Shown piece after piece: positions 27,726-37,285 of a DNA stretch of 64,000 bases (position 1 is the stretch's first letter; each line of letters starts with the position of its first letter). The notes under the pieces were generated by a model. That model did no database searches, was not told the DNA's origin, and worked only from the letters and a program-made list of their open reading frames with translations. The DNA comes from a virus. Lineage: Duplodnaviria > Caudoviricetes. The translations under genes were made by a program, and so were the position numbers. The DNA lies in the IMG/VR virus record IMGVR_UViG_3300029822_000006, positions 3,809 through 67,808 of that record; one strand, given 5' to 3'.

Positions 27726-28442
27726 ATGGAAAGAGGAAAATTGCAGAAACAAATAGTTGAAACAGCAAAAAATTATTTAGGTACACCATATATTTGGGGT
27801 GGAGAAAGTATTTGTGGATTTGATTGTTCAGGACTAGTTAAATATGTATATTTTCAATGTGGAATAGATATACCTAGAGCTTCATATGAACAGTATAAAA
27901 TAGGAATATCTGTTGAAAAAGAAGATTCAGAATTAGGAGATTTAGTATTCTTTTGTAAATTAAGTCATGTAGGAATATATATTGGAGAAAATCAATATAT
28001 AAATGCTCCAAAAACAGGTGATGTAGTTAAGGTATCTAATTTAGATGATAGAAATGATTATGTTGGTGCTAGAAGAATAATTAGTGAAGATAATAAAATA
28101 ATTATAATGCCTAATATACAACCTAAAATGTATATAGGGGACTTTAAATATACTCTATACCAATATATCTGTAGTATGCAATCTAATAAAGTATCTATTA
28201 AATGTGGGAAATTTGCGTTTAATAAAATAAGTAAATTGGTAGGTTATCATAAATTTGATGAAGATAGTGGATTATTGGATTTAAATGGAGAACATATTAT
28301 TGTTCAAAATTTTTTAGATGAATTAGATAAAAAACAATTGATTATAAGTAAAGAAGCAAATATAGACACAATAGCAGATGGAGATGGATATCTAATAGAA
28401 GAAAAAATATATGATGATGATATTATATTGGAATTTGCTTAA
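27726..28442 (+). CDS. NlpC/P60 cell-wall peptidase with uncharacterised C-terminal domain
   Basis: YLGTPYIWGG...GFDCSGLV...HVGIYIG. Confidence 0.88.
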   Translation: MERGKLQKQIVETAKNYLGTPYIWGGESICGFDCSGLVKYVYFQCGIDIPRASYEQYKIGISVEKEDSELGDLVFFCKLSHVGIYIGENQYINAPKTGDVVKVSNLDDRNDYVGARRIISEDNKIIIMPNIQPKMYIGDFKYTLYQYICSMQSNKVSIKCGKFAFNKISKLVGYHKFDEDSGLLDLNGEHIIVQNFLDELDKKQLIISKEANIDTIADGDGYLIEEKIYDDDIILEFA

Positions 28443-28499
28443 AACGAATAATATTAAAAATTAAATAAACAAAAATATCTCGAATAAAATGTTTGAGAT

Positions 28500-28970
28500 T
28501 GTAATATTAACAAAAATGAAGAATTACGGGTGAGTTCTTTAGTATTATAAGGGAAAGCATTGATACTGTGGGAATGCAAAATTTGGCTGAGTAAAAGGGT
28601 TTATGCTAAATATATCACCACTAGGGTTAAGGCTAGTTTAGAAACAGCAAAGAAGTTGTTTGAAATCTGTTGGTGATGCAGTCATAAGATAATCCTTAAC
28701 TTATCTTATGTAGTAATAAGAAAGTATTTGTAAGGAATATTTTTAAAGATCGAATAAAGATTGCGAAATATATCTCAATTCTTCAATTACAGGGAAATAT
28801 AATGATGAATGAAAAAAGTAGTCATTTGTTCTATATGCTATATAGAATAGTTAAACTGTGCGAACCCCGGAACCTTTGTCTGGCTAGTAGCAAAAGTCCT
28901 TAAGGAAACTATGATTTTGAAGTATATTATTAATTAAGAAGGTGACATAGCACCTATCTTGATTAATGAT
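28500..28970 (+). ncRNA. candidate large structured ncRNA, ROOL-like
   Basis: 604-nt ORF-free gap with many hairpins (e.g. 28683-28710, 28829-28847, 28929-28967), near a tRNA in a phage. ROOL similarity is from recalled motifs only; boundaries approximate. Confidence 0.45.
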
Positions 28971-29046
28971 AGTAATAGAAAATTTAATTCTATGTTGTTA
29001 AAATAAAGTTTTGGTATGGTAAAATAGGAAAGGTAAAGGTGAAATA

Positions 29047-30006
29047 ATGGAGAATAATATTAAAGTAAAAATTAATTATGAGGAGAGTTTTAAACATAAT
29101 TTTAAAAGAGATGTAAATGGAGCTGTAAGATATTATTTACAATTACATACAGGAAATTGTTCAAAAGAAGGATATAATTATGGTATAGGATTTTTATTAC
29201 ATCCTCAAGCATTAAATCCATTTCTTAAAACAATGGAAACATTAAACGAAATAGAAAATGTAATAGTATTGAATATGCCATGTACTTTTTATCAGAATGA
29301 TGATAATGTAAAGTTTAATATACCAACATATTTAATATTAAAATTACCATTGCATAATATGAAAATTGATGATTTAAATATAATGAGTGAAGGTAACAAG
29401 ATTAAAATTGAAAATAATGAAGATGATATATTAAGTATGGATAGAATAAAATCAACAGAGGAAATTGCAAATTATGCAGAATTAGTATTGGATAATATAA
29501 AGGGTTATAATATGGATACGTTGAATGATATGATATTAAAATATGTTAATAGTTATTTTGATGAAAGTAAAATAATATCGTTTAAAAATATGAATGAAGC
29601 ATTAAATTGTATTATATCAAGTATTTCTTCGAAAATGGTGTATAAAAAATTATCTAATTCTTTAAAAAATATTGAATTTAGATATACAAAATATGGAGAT
29701 TCATCACATATAATTACAAATGCTAAGGAAATTAAATTTAATGGTAAAATAATATCATTAAATGAAGATAAAAAATATTGGATTTATACAAATCCAATAA
29801 AATTTCCAGATTTTAAATATGTATTTTTGACATATGATATAATGGAAATTAAACAATTAATAAATAGAGTAACAGAAGTAATAAAAAATTATATAATAAA
29901 AAATACTAATAAAAATTCTAAAAGGATCATCATAATGTTTGAAAGAGAAATAATTTTTAATGATAATGGTAGCATGATGTGGTATATGGGTATTGTTGAA
30001 GAATAA
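29047..30006 (+). CDS. hypothetical protein
   Basis: 319-aa ORF with AAAGGTG upstream. Confidence 0.55.
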   Translation: MENNIKVKINYEESFKHNFKRDVNGAVRYYLQLHTGNCSKEGYNYGIGFLLHPQALNPFLKTMETLNEIENVIVLNMPCTFYQNDDNVKFNIPTYLILKLPLHNMKIDDLNIMSEGNKIKIENNEDDILSMDRIKSTEEIANYAELVLDNIKGYNMDTLNDMILKYVNSYFDESKIISFKNMNEALNCIISSISSKMVYKKLSNSLKNIEFRYTKYGDSSHIITNAKEIKFNGKIISLNEDKKYWIYTNPIKFPDFKYVFLTYDIMEIKQLINRVTEVIKNYIIKNTNKNSKRIIIMFEREIIFNDNGSMMWYMGIVEE

Positions 30007-30108
30007 ATTAATAATAGTAATAATATCAACAGTAAATCCTATGATATGCGTTTATCTTCGTAAGCATTATGTATTAGTGTCATACATAGGTAATTGATAT
30101 TTTTATAT

Positions 30109-30186
30109 GAGAGTATAGCTCAGTTTGGTTAGAGCAACTGCCTGTTAAGCAGTAGGTCAAAGGTTCAAAGCCTTTTACTCTCGCCA
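30109..30186 (+). tRNA. tRNA-Asn(GTT)
   Basis: Acceptor stem GAGAGTA/TACTCTC, anticodon arm ACTGC-CTGTTAA-GCAGT, T-arm AAAGG-TTCAAAG-CCTTT, encoded CCA. Confidence 0.95.
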
Positions 30187-30372
30187 TGTAAGTTTAAAAA
30201 TGCTTTTTTCATTAATACAATCCTTTCAATTTATAATTTATTTATAGTGGCTATATGGTATTAATTTATTATATAGTCACTGAAAATTCAAGCAAAGGAA
30301 GAGAGCAATGTTTTTAAAGATTGTTATGTCTGTGGTTGCAGGGCATGTAAAATAATAAGTGCAACTACCAAA

Positions 30373-30428
30373 TTAATAATTAATATAGAAAAACTGGACG
30401 TTCTGGTTAGTTCTATATTAATTATTAA
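30373..30428. repeat. 18-bp perfect inverted repeat
   Basis: TTAATAATTAATATAGAA / TTCTATATTAATTATTAA with a 20-nt spacer. Confidence 0.85.
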
Positions 30429-30575
30429 ATAAATTCTAAGGTGTTTTTTATTTTGTAATGTAGCTATAAACTGTCACAAGCCAGTTTTAAAAATACAGAG
30501 TGAAAAATAAATCTAATTGACTTTAAATAAAAATATATGATGTTAGTCAATCATCAGTAAAAAGGAGAAAATTAA

Positions 30576-31346
30576 ATGTATAAAGAGAATTTTGTTGCAT
30601 GTATTAAAACTAGTGAAGGAAAGATTTTGCGAGAAGATAAGGATGTTATTAAATTACCTTTTGGTAGCGAATATTCTATCTATTTAAAAAATCTTAATAG
30701 TAGAAAAGCAAAAGTTAATATCTCTATAGATGGAACAGATGTTTTAGACGGAGATTCATTGGTTGTTAATGGTAATGATATTTCTGAAGTAGAAGGTTTT
30801 CTTAAAAATGGTGTGGCAAAAAATAAATTTAAATTCATAGAGAAAACTAAAGAAATATCTGAATTTAGAGGAGATAAGATTGATGATGGAATAATTAGAA
30901 TTGAATTTACCTTTGAAAAAGAAAAACCAATAGTTAGAGATGTTATATATAATCTAGTATATACGACTTTATGTGATTATACATATCATAATGATAATAT
31001 AACTTATTGTCAATCTAATACAATATCAGAAAATAATTCAGTTCAATCAAAATCTATAAATTTAGACTGTTTAAGAAGTATGGATTTACAAAATAATAAT
31101 ATAAATGATCAAGGTATTACAGTTAAAGGCAGTGAGATTCAACAAAACTTTGTAAAAACTAACATGGATACTTTAGAAGAGGTAAGTCATGTGATAATAT
31201 TGAAATTAATTGGCTATAAAAAAAATAATGAAAAAGTAGAACAACCTATAACTGTAGATAAAAAAATACAATGTAATGTATGTGGGAAAGTCTGTGAATA
31301 TATAGATAAATTTTGTAGTCGGTGTGGAACTTATTTAGAAAAATAA
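30576..31346 (+). CDS. conserved large-phage hypothetical protein with C-terminal zinc ribbon
   Basis: LPFGSEYSIYLKN...IDGTDVL...FKFIE...GIIRIEF; C-terminal CNVC...CSRCG. Confidence 0.65.
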   Translation: MYKENFVACIKTSEGKILREDKDVIKLPFGSEYSIYLKNLNSRKAKVNISIDGTDVLDGDSLVVNGNDISEVEGFLKNGVAKNKFKFIEKTKEISEFRGDKIDDGIIRIEFTFEKEKPIVRDVIYNLVYTTLCDYTYHNDNITYCQSNTISENNSVQSKSINLDCLRSMDLQNNNINDQGITVKGSEIQQNFVKTNMDTLEEVSHVIILKLIGYKKNNEKVEQPITVDKKIQCNVCGKVCEYIDKFCSRCGTYLEK

Positions 31347-31409
31347 TATAATTATTATAAATTAAATACCTCATAGAAGGATTAAATAATAAAGGAGAGA
31401 GAAATATTA

Positions 31410-31718
31410 ATGTTTACTCAGTTTAAAGATGTTAAAAATTTAAAAATTAGTGAAGAAAATATGAAAGAAATTAGTTTTGATTGTATATATCATGATGCTC
31501 TATTGTGTCGAGATAGAAATGTAAAAATACATATTCCTAAAGCTTTTCTTAATGCAAAGATTATTCAGAATAAAGATATTAAAAAATTAGAAAATCATGA
31601 TATAACGTGTAATTCAATAAAATGTAAATTAAGATTAGATTTTGATTTAGTATCTGATACAGATGTATATGGGAATAATTATTATTATACAGTATCAGAA
31701 ATATTTGATAATAATTAA
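31410..31718 (+). CDS. hypothetical protein
   Basis: AAAGGAG RBS. Confidence 0.55.
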   Translation: MFTQFKDVKNLKISEENMKEISFDCIYHDALLCRDRNVKIHIPKAFLNAKIIQNKDIKKLENHDITCNSIKCKLRLDFDLVSDTDVYGNNYYYTVSEIFDNN

Positions 31719-31785
31719 ATACTGCTATTGCAGGTTTAAAATAAATTAAATGGTGTTGTTATTACAAGCCAAAAGGAGAATAAAT

Positions 31786-32268
31786 ATGAAAGAGTCAAAT
31801 AAAATTTTAGAACAAATTAAAAATGTATTAGAGTCAGATGGTAAGACAAAAATTTATTTCAAAGAACAAAATGGGAAAATATTATTAAAAGATTTTTTAG
31901 AAACGATTGTTGAATATTGGGGAAAATTAAATAATAATCAAAAGAATATACTTTCAGATATAATATTGAATGAAAAACCTGATTATTTAATTGGAAATGA
32001 AAAATGGATACTTTATAATTATATTTGTGAATTTCAAGGTTCAGTTACAATAAGAGCAGGTAATTATGCATTTTATAAAATAAAGAAAATGTTAGATGAT
32101 ATAAAAAATATTGAACATTCAACATATAATGAAATTTATATTGGAATGTTAAATGGAGAAGAAATTAAATTAATAAAAAATAATTATAGTATAGAAAAAA
32201 ATGAAATAATAATATCTAATAATAAATATAGTAATAATCCAAAAAAATTAATATTATATTTTAAGTAA
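31786..32268 (+). CDS. hypothetical protein
   Basis: Start moved from 31750 to the in-frame ATG after AAAAGGAG. Confidence 0.55.
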   Translation: MKESNKILEQIKNVLESDGKTKIYFKEQNGKILLKDFLETIVEYWGKLNNNQKNILSDIILNEKPDYLIGNEKWILYNYICEFQGSVTIRAGNYAFYKIKKMLDDIKNIEHSTYNEIYIGMLNGEEIKLIKNNYSIEKNEIIISNNKYSNNPKKLILYFK

Positions 32269-32273
32269 AGTCG

Positions 32274-32301
32274 CCTAGAGATTGATTTCTCTAGGTTTTT
32301 A
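32274..32301 (+). terminator. intrinsic terminator
   Basis: CCTAGAG-ATTGATTT-CTCTAGG followed by TTTTT. Confidence 0.7.
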
Positions 32302-32597
32302 TATTGTATAGGAGTGTAGAGAGATAAATATTTATATTGAAGGTTATTATGTATTAAATTTTATTAGTGTAAAAATATATTATAATGGTAAATTCATATC
32401 AAAAAGAATATTTATAGATGAGTTTATAAATTATATTAGAACTTTAAATAATGATATAGTAGACAATTTAAGTCAACATAACAAACACTATGTAAATAAG
32501 CATTGTATTTGTAAACCAGTTTATGATTTATTAAATAAAGAATTGGGAAATATTATATAAATTAAGAAAATACAAGAAATGGAGTGATTAGAGAGAA

Positions 32598-33044
32598 ATG
32601 AAGAAATTAACTATGATGTGTGGATTACCGAGGAGTGGTAAAAGTACATGGGTAGAAGAGAATAAACTAGACGGAGAGGTAATCTTAAGTGCTGATAAAC
32701 TCAGATATCTAGTCTATAATCAAAGATTCTGGACTGGTGGAGAACCTTTAATGTGGGCGGTTCATGGTATTATATTGAAGATGTTATTGGAACAAGGTGT
32801 AGATATAATCGTGGATGAGACAAATGTAACCAAGGCAATTAGAGGGAAAATAATTAAATTAGCTAAAGAGTATGACTATGAGGTTACAGGAATAGAATTT
32901 AATACACCTAAAGAGATATGTAAAGAAAGGGCTATTAAAACTGGTCAAGAAGATTTATTAGATGTAATTGATAGACTTGCTGAAATATACGAAAATATTA
33001 GTTTGGATGAGGATTTTGACTATATCGATAGCTATGGAATATAA
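32598..33044 (+). CDS. AAA_33/polynucleotide-kinase-like P-loop kinase
   Basis: MCGLPRSGKSTW, LSADKLR, IVDETN, FNTPKEICKER. Confidence 0.8.
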   Translation: MKKLTMMCGLPRSGKSTWVEENKLDGEVILSADKLRYLVYNQRFWTGGEPLMWAVHGIILKMLLEQGVDIIVDETNVTKAIRGKIIKLAKEYDYEVTGIEFNTPKEICKERAIKTGQEDLLDVIDRLAEIYENISLDEDFDYIDSYGI

Positions 33045-33072
33045 ATGAGAGTTTGAGAGGAGTTTAATAAGA

Positions 33073-34044
33073 GTGGATAAGAGATATTTAAAAAGAATAG
33101 AAGAAACAGATTTTGATTATAAGGCAAGATTATTAAAATATAAATTAGAATATAAAGAGGATATTGATTGGTCAGAAATTGCTAATTTATTAAAAATTAA
33201 ATGTAGTAGCGACCATTTACGAAAAACCAGCTATGGGTTCTTAGAAGCATATAATCATTCTTTCAAAGATGATAAATATATAAAAGTTTTAATTATGAAT
33301 GATTTACATTTACCTTATCAAAGAGATGATGTACTAGAACAAATTGAAAAATATAAAAATGTAGATTATTTAATATTTGCTGGTGATTTAGTGGACTGTG
33401 AAAGTTGTACTCATTTTCCAAATTTTAAACATCCAGATGTAAATGAAGAATTAATAATAGCATATAATTTTATTAATAAAATAAATAATATTATTGATAA
33501 AAATAAAACAAAAATAATTACAATTTTAGGAAATCACGAAAATCGTTTTAAAAAATCTATTATGAATATGCAAGAAAAGCAATTACAGAAGATGTTAAAT
33601 CCAAATTTATTATCTATGTTGGAAAAAGGATTTACTATTTACGAAGATGATAAAGAAATTATATATAAACCAATAGAAAATTTTAAATACATAAATAAAT
33701 GGTATGCGAAATTGTTTAATAATTTAATAGTAGCACATCCTACAGATTTTAGTTCAATAGATGGGAAAATGGCTGAAAAAGTAAGTGAACATTTTCTCAA
33801 TAAAAGAATAGCTGACAGAGATGATATTATTATATTTGCCCATACGCACAAACATTCAAGTATGTATGTAAATAGAAGACAGGGGATATATGTGATAGAA
33901 AATTTTTGTTTATGTAAAGAACAAGAATATGCTGATACAGGAAAATTAAAATATACTCCTCAGAATTATGGATATACATATTTAAAATTTAAAAAAGGTA
34001 AGAAAATAAATATAAATGATATAAAATTAAATTTTCTTAAATAA
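33073..34044 (+). CDS. calcineurin-like metallophosphoesterase
   Basis: NDLHLP, GDLVD, GNHE, AHP, AHTHK. Confidence 0.85.
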   Translation: MDKRYLKRIEETDFDYKARLLKYKLEYKEDIDWSEIANLLKIKCSSDHLRKTSYGFLEAYNHSFKDDKYIKVLIMNDLHLPYQRDDVLEQIEKYKNVDYLIFAGDLVDCESCTHFPNFKHPDVNEELIIAYNFINKINNIIDKNKTKIITILGNHENRFKKSIMNMQEKQLQKMLNPNLLSMLEKGFTIYEDDKEIIYKPIENFKYINKWYAKLFNNLIVAHPTDFSSIDGKMAEKVSEHFLNKRIADRDDIIIFAHTHKHSSMYVNRRQGIYVIENFCLCKEQEYADTGKLKYTPQNYGYTYLKFKKGKKININDIKLNFLK

Positions 34045-34057
34045 GGAGTTGAGATGA

Positions 34058-34612
34058 ATGAATTCTGAATATTCTAAGTTTAAAAGTTATGCAGAACAAT
34101 TAAAGTTTTGTAGAAAAATAATAAATGATAATATAAAAGTTTTATTAATTGGTTCGGAGCAATTTAAGAAGGATATATTAGGAAATAAAAAAGAAAATAA
34201 ATTATCTAAAGGAAAATATAATGTTTGTATTTGTGAAGAAGATAGTATTAAAGAATTAAATAAATATGTAAAAAAAATAAAAGATAATATATTTGTTGTG
34301 AGTAATGATGAAAAATCAGAATTGATATTAGAATGTAGGAAACCTTCTATGAATGAAAATGAGAATAATGAAGAAATTAAATATGAAAATTATTATGATA
34401 ATGAATTAAGTAATGAAATAAATGATGTGATAAGTGAATATTCAGATGTGATATTAGCTAATCCAGAAGAAATTCATGATATATTATGTGAATTTTATGT
34501 AGAAATATTTAATGGTTCTAGATTTTTAACTAAGTTGGAACAATTAAATTTATTACATGAAGAAATACAAGAAGATGCTGAGGAATTAAATATTAATCTT
34601 GAAGATAATTAA
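34058..34612 (+). CDS. hypothetical protein with acidic C-terminus
   Basis: AAGGAG RBS. Confidence 0.55.
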   Translation: MNSEYSKFKSYAEQLKFCRKIINDNIKVLLIGSEQFKKDILGNKKENKLSKGKYNVCICEEDSIKELNKYVKKIKDNIFVVSNDEKSELILECRKPSMNENENNEEIKYENYYDNELSNEINDVISEYSDVILANPEEIHDILCEFYVEIFNGSRFLTKLEQLNLLHEEIQEDAEELNINLEDN

Positions 34613-34666
34613 CATATTTTGAGTAGAGGAGTGATTAAATAAAAAAAAGAAAGGAAGTAATTAATA

Positions 34667-35008
34667 ATGAAAACTGTAAATTCTTTAAAATTACAAGACA
34701 CTGTTACTTCAGCTAGTGCAGGTAAAATTATTTCTTGTTGGAATACTAATAGATTAGTTGCACATGTTAAAGGAACATCAACTACTTTTACAATTAATTT
34801 TCAAGCTTCTTTAGATGGGAAGAATGATGAAGATTTTTTTAATGTTGAAGGATATAAAAAATCAGATATAACTACTAGAACTTCATCTGTAACATCTACA
34901 GGAGATGGATGGGATTTTGATGTAACACCATATAAGTATTTTAGAGCAAATGTTTCTAGTATTAGTGATGGCAATATTACAATAATAGCCAATATTATTC
35001 GAGAATAG
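34667..35008 (+). CDS. small beta-rich protein, possibly virion-associated
   Basis: S/T/G-rich, alternating hydrophobic pattern. Confidence 0.45.
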   Translation: MKTVNSLKLQDTVTSASAGKIISCWNTNRLVAHVKGTSTTFTINFQASLDGKNDEDFFNVEGYKKSDITTRTSSVTSTGDGWDFDVTPYKYFRANVSSISDGNITIIANIIRE

Positions 35009-35023
35009 GATTGGCTATTATAG

Positions 35024-36067
35024 ATGATTTATAATGAAAAATTAGAAAGTTTAATTTATAAAAATATGAAAGATACAAATTTAGCTATAGTAAAACCACA
35101 AAATTATTTATATGTTGGAAAAAATGGAAATGATACTACAGGTGATGGTAGTGCAGGAAATCCATATTTAACTATAAGTAAAGCTATAACTGTAGCTAGT
35201 TCAGGAACTACAGTATATCCATTTCCAGGTACATATATAGAAGACATAACTTTTAAAGCAGGAGTTAATATAGCAAGTCCTATAAAATTAGGAGTTTATA
35301 TTACAGGAAATCATATTGCAGATTTTTCCGGTACAGTAATATGTGATAATATAGTTTTAAATTCTACAACAGGAAACACATTATCATTTAATGGAACTCA
35401 TGCACAAAATTTTCAATTATTAGCTTCTAGTGTAAATGCAACTGCTGGAGATGCTATTAATTGGGTAAATACAAATTCTTCAAGTAAAATTTATTTTGAA
35501 GATGGTACTTGTAATGTAACAACATCAGGTGAAAGTGCAAGATGTGTATATACAGATAGTTCATCAGCAGGAACATTTATAGCAAATAGAACTACATTTA
35601 GATTAAATGATAATCCTGATAATGTTTGTATTTCTTTAGGAGGTTCTGTATCATTTACTCATACAAGTGATCAAATAGTTGGACAAGTAACAGTAGTTAA
35701 TTCTGCTAGTGCTACTATAGCAATGGTGGGAATGATTACTACTTCGGTAGCTGTATTAAATACTACTTCTACAGGTACAACAACTGTTATTAATGATACT
35801 GTAACTACTACTGCTTCTCCTGCATTTACTGGTTCAGGTGTATTGGTAGATGTAGCTTTATTATATACTAGTACAGGTGTTGGTGGAGCTAGTACTTTGA
35901 ACGGTGGCTTGTCGGCAATTACCTTACCTATGAGCAGTGTAAAATTAAGAGCTTCTGATTTAGTACCAGCAGGACAAGTTAGTAGTGGTCAAAATTCAGG
36001 AAATTTAGAATTTGATGGAAGTCATTTGTATTTTACTATAGGAACTACTAGAAGTCAGATAGTATAA
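35024..36067 (+). CDS. right-handed beta-helix (pectate-lyase-like) protein
   Basis: YVGKNGNDTTGDGSAGNPYLTISKAI...PGTYIE N-cap motif; very T/S/G/N-rich. Confidence 0.7.
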   Translation: MIYNEKLESLIYKNMKDTNLAIVKPQNYLYVGKNGNDTTGDGSAGNPYLTISKAITVASSGTTVYPFPGTYIEDITFKAGVNIASPIKLGVYITGNHIADFSGTVICDNIVLNSTTGNTLSFNGTHAQNFQLLASSVNATAGDAINWVNTNSSSKIYFEDGTCNVTTSGESARCVYTDSSSAGTFIANRTTFRLNDNPDNVCISLGGSVSFTHTSDQIVGQVTVVNSASATIAMVGMITTSVAVLNTTSTGTTTVINDTVTTTASPAFTGSGVLVDVALLYTSTGVGGASTLNGGLSAITLPMSSVKLRASDLVPAGQVSSGQNSGNLEFDGSHLYFTIGTTRSQIV

Positions 36068-36090
36068 TAAATAAATTACATTTAGATATA

Positions 36091-36114
36091 GGACATCTCA
36101 AAAGGGTGTCTTTT
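36091..36114 (+). terminator. intrinsic terminator
   Basis: GACATCT-CAAAA-GGGTGTC followed by TTTT. Confidence 0.55.
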
Positions 36115-36174
36115 AGTGTGGATATAATTCGCAAATATTAAGGGTGGTTTCCTGTCAACCAGAGGAGAGATAAT

Positions 36175-36393
36175 ATGAATAAAGAAAATAATATAGAAAT
36201 ATATTCTGATGAAGATGTAATATCAAAATTGAATTTAGAAATTACTAAATTATGTAAAATGCTAGATGTACATACAAATTTTGATCAATATAAAATGATT
36301 ATTAATAATCTTAGAAATACCATCGAAGCAAGAAGAGATGTTATTAGATTCCCTAATACAAATATTGATGAATTAAATAAGGATGCTAATTAG
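36175..36393 (+). CDS. hypothetical protein
   Basis: AGAGGAG RBS. Confidence 0.55.
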   Translation: MNKENNIEIYSDEDVISKLNLEITKLCKMLDVHTNFDQYKMIINNLRNTIEARRDVIRFPNTNIDELNKDAN

Positions 36394-36395
36394 AG

Positions 36396-36424
36396 AAGAG
36401 TAGATTAATTTCTACTCTTTTTTA
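36396..36424 (+). terminator. intrinsic terminator
   Basis: AAGAGTAG-ATTAATTT-CTACTCTT followed by a T run. Confidence 0.7.
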
Positions 36425-36438
36425 TTTGAGGTGATTTT

Positions 36439-36732
36439 ATGAGTAAAGATTGCGGTTATGTTTATTTTATTAAGTGTAAAAATAAAGTTAAGATTGGCTA
36501 TTCTACCAATATAAAGCGTAGGATTAAAGAGTTAGCTACTGGTAATGGCGAAAAACTAGAATTAATTTATTCTATTCCCGGAAGTAAAGATACAGAGTGG
36601 TCGTTACATAATTACTTTAGTTTTCAGCATATATGTGGAGAATGGTTTGAATTATATCCAGAGATACAAATGTGGATAGATTATGATAAGTTAAGTAGAA
36701 AAGTTTTGAGGGAAGAAGGAATAATTAAATAA
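36439..36732 (+). CDS. T5orf172/GIY-YIG-like nuclease-domain protein
   Basis: GYVYFIK...VKIGYS...RIKEL...GEWFEL. Confidence 0.8.
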   Translation: MSKDCGYVYFIKCKNKVKIGYSTNIKRRIKELATGNGEKLELIYSIPGSKDTEWSLHNYFSFQHICGEWFELYPEIQMWIDYDKLSRKVLREEGIIK

Positions 36733-36782
36733 TAATGAAAAATAAAAAATGACTTTTGAAAAGTAAATAATAAAGGAGATGT

Positions 36783-37073
36783 TTGAATATGTGTATTAAT
36801 AATTTTAGAGTAAGTGATTCTGATTTTGCAACATATCTTACTATATTAGGATATAAAATTAAAAATATTGAAGTTAAACAAGATAAAAAACATAATAATA
36901 AGTTAAAAGCATTCATTTATTTTGAAGGAGAAAAAATAGAATTAGTAAAACTACAAAATGATTATATAAATGATAAAAAGGTAGAAATAAGTTTAAAAGA
37001 GTTCTCTATTAATAGACAAAAAGTAAATAAATTAATTAAGAAGAAATTAAATAATTATCAAAAAGTTGTTTAG
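36783..37073 (+). CDS. hypothetical protein (possibly DUF5659-like)
   Basis: DSDFATYLTILGYKI...FIYFEG. Confidence 0.4.
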   Translation: MNMCINNFRVSDSDFATYLTILGYKIKNIEVKQDKKHNNKLKAFIYFEGEKIELVKLQNDYINDKKVEISLKEFSINRQKVNKLIKKKLNNYQKVV

Positions 37074-37285
37074 TGTTCATAGTTTTGTGGAGGCTGTCGC
37101 CCCACACCCTACTTAGTAAAAGATATTAATTAAGAATAAAGAAGGAATGGTTTCCAAAAGTGTTATTATTACTTACTTTATAAAAATTAAATAGGAATAT
37201 TTTGATTTATATTCGGATTAGAGTACCGATTTTCTTCTGATAAACGGATTCACAGTCCGAATAATTATAAAAATAAGGAGGCATT

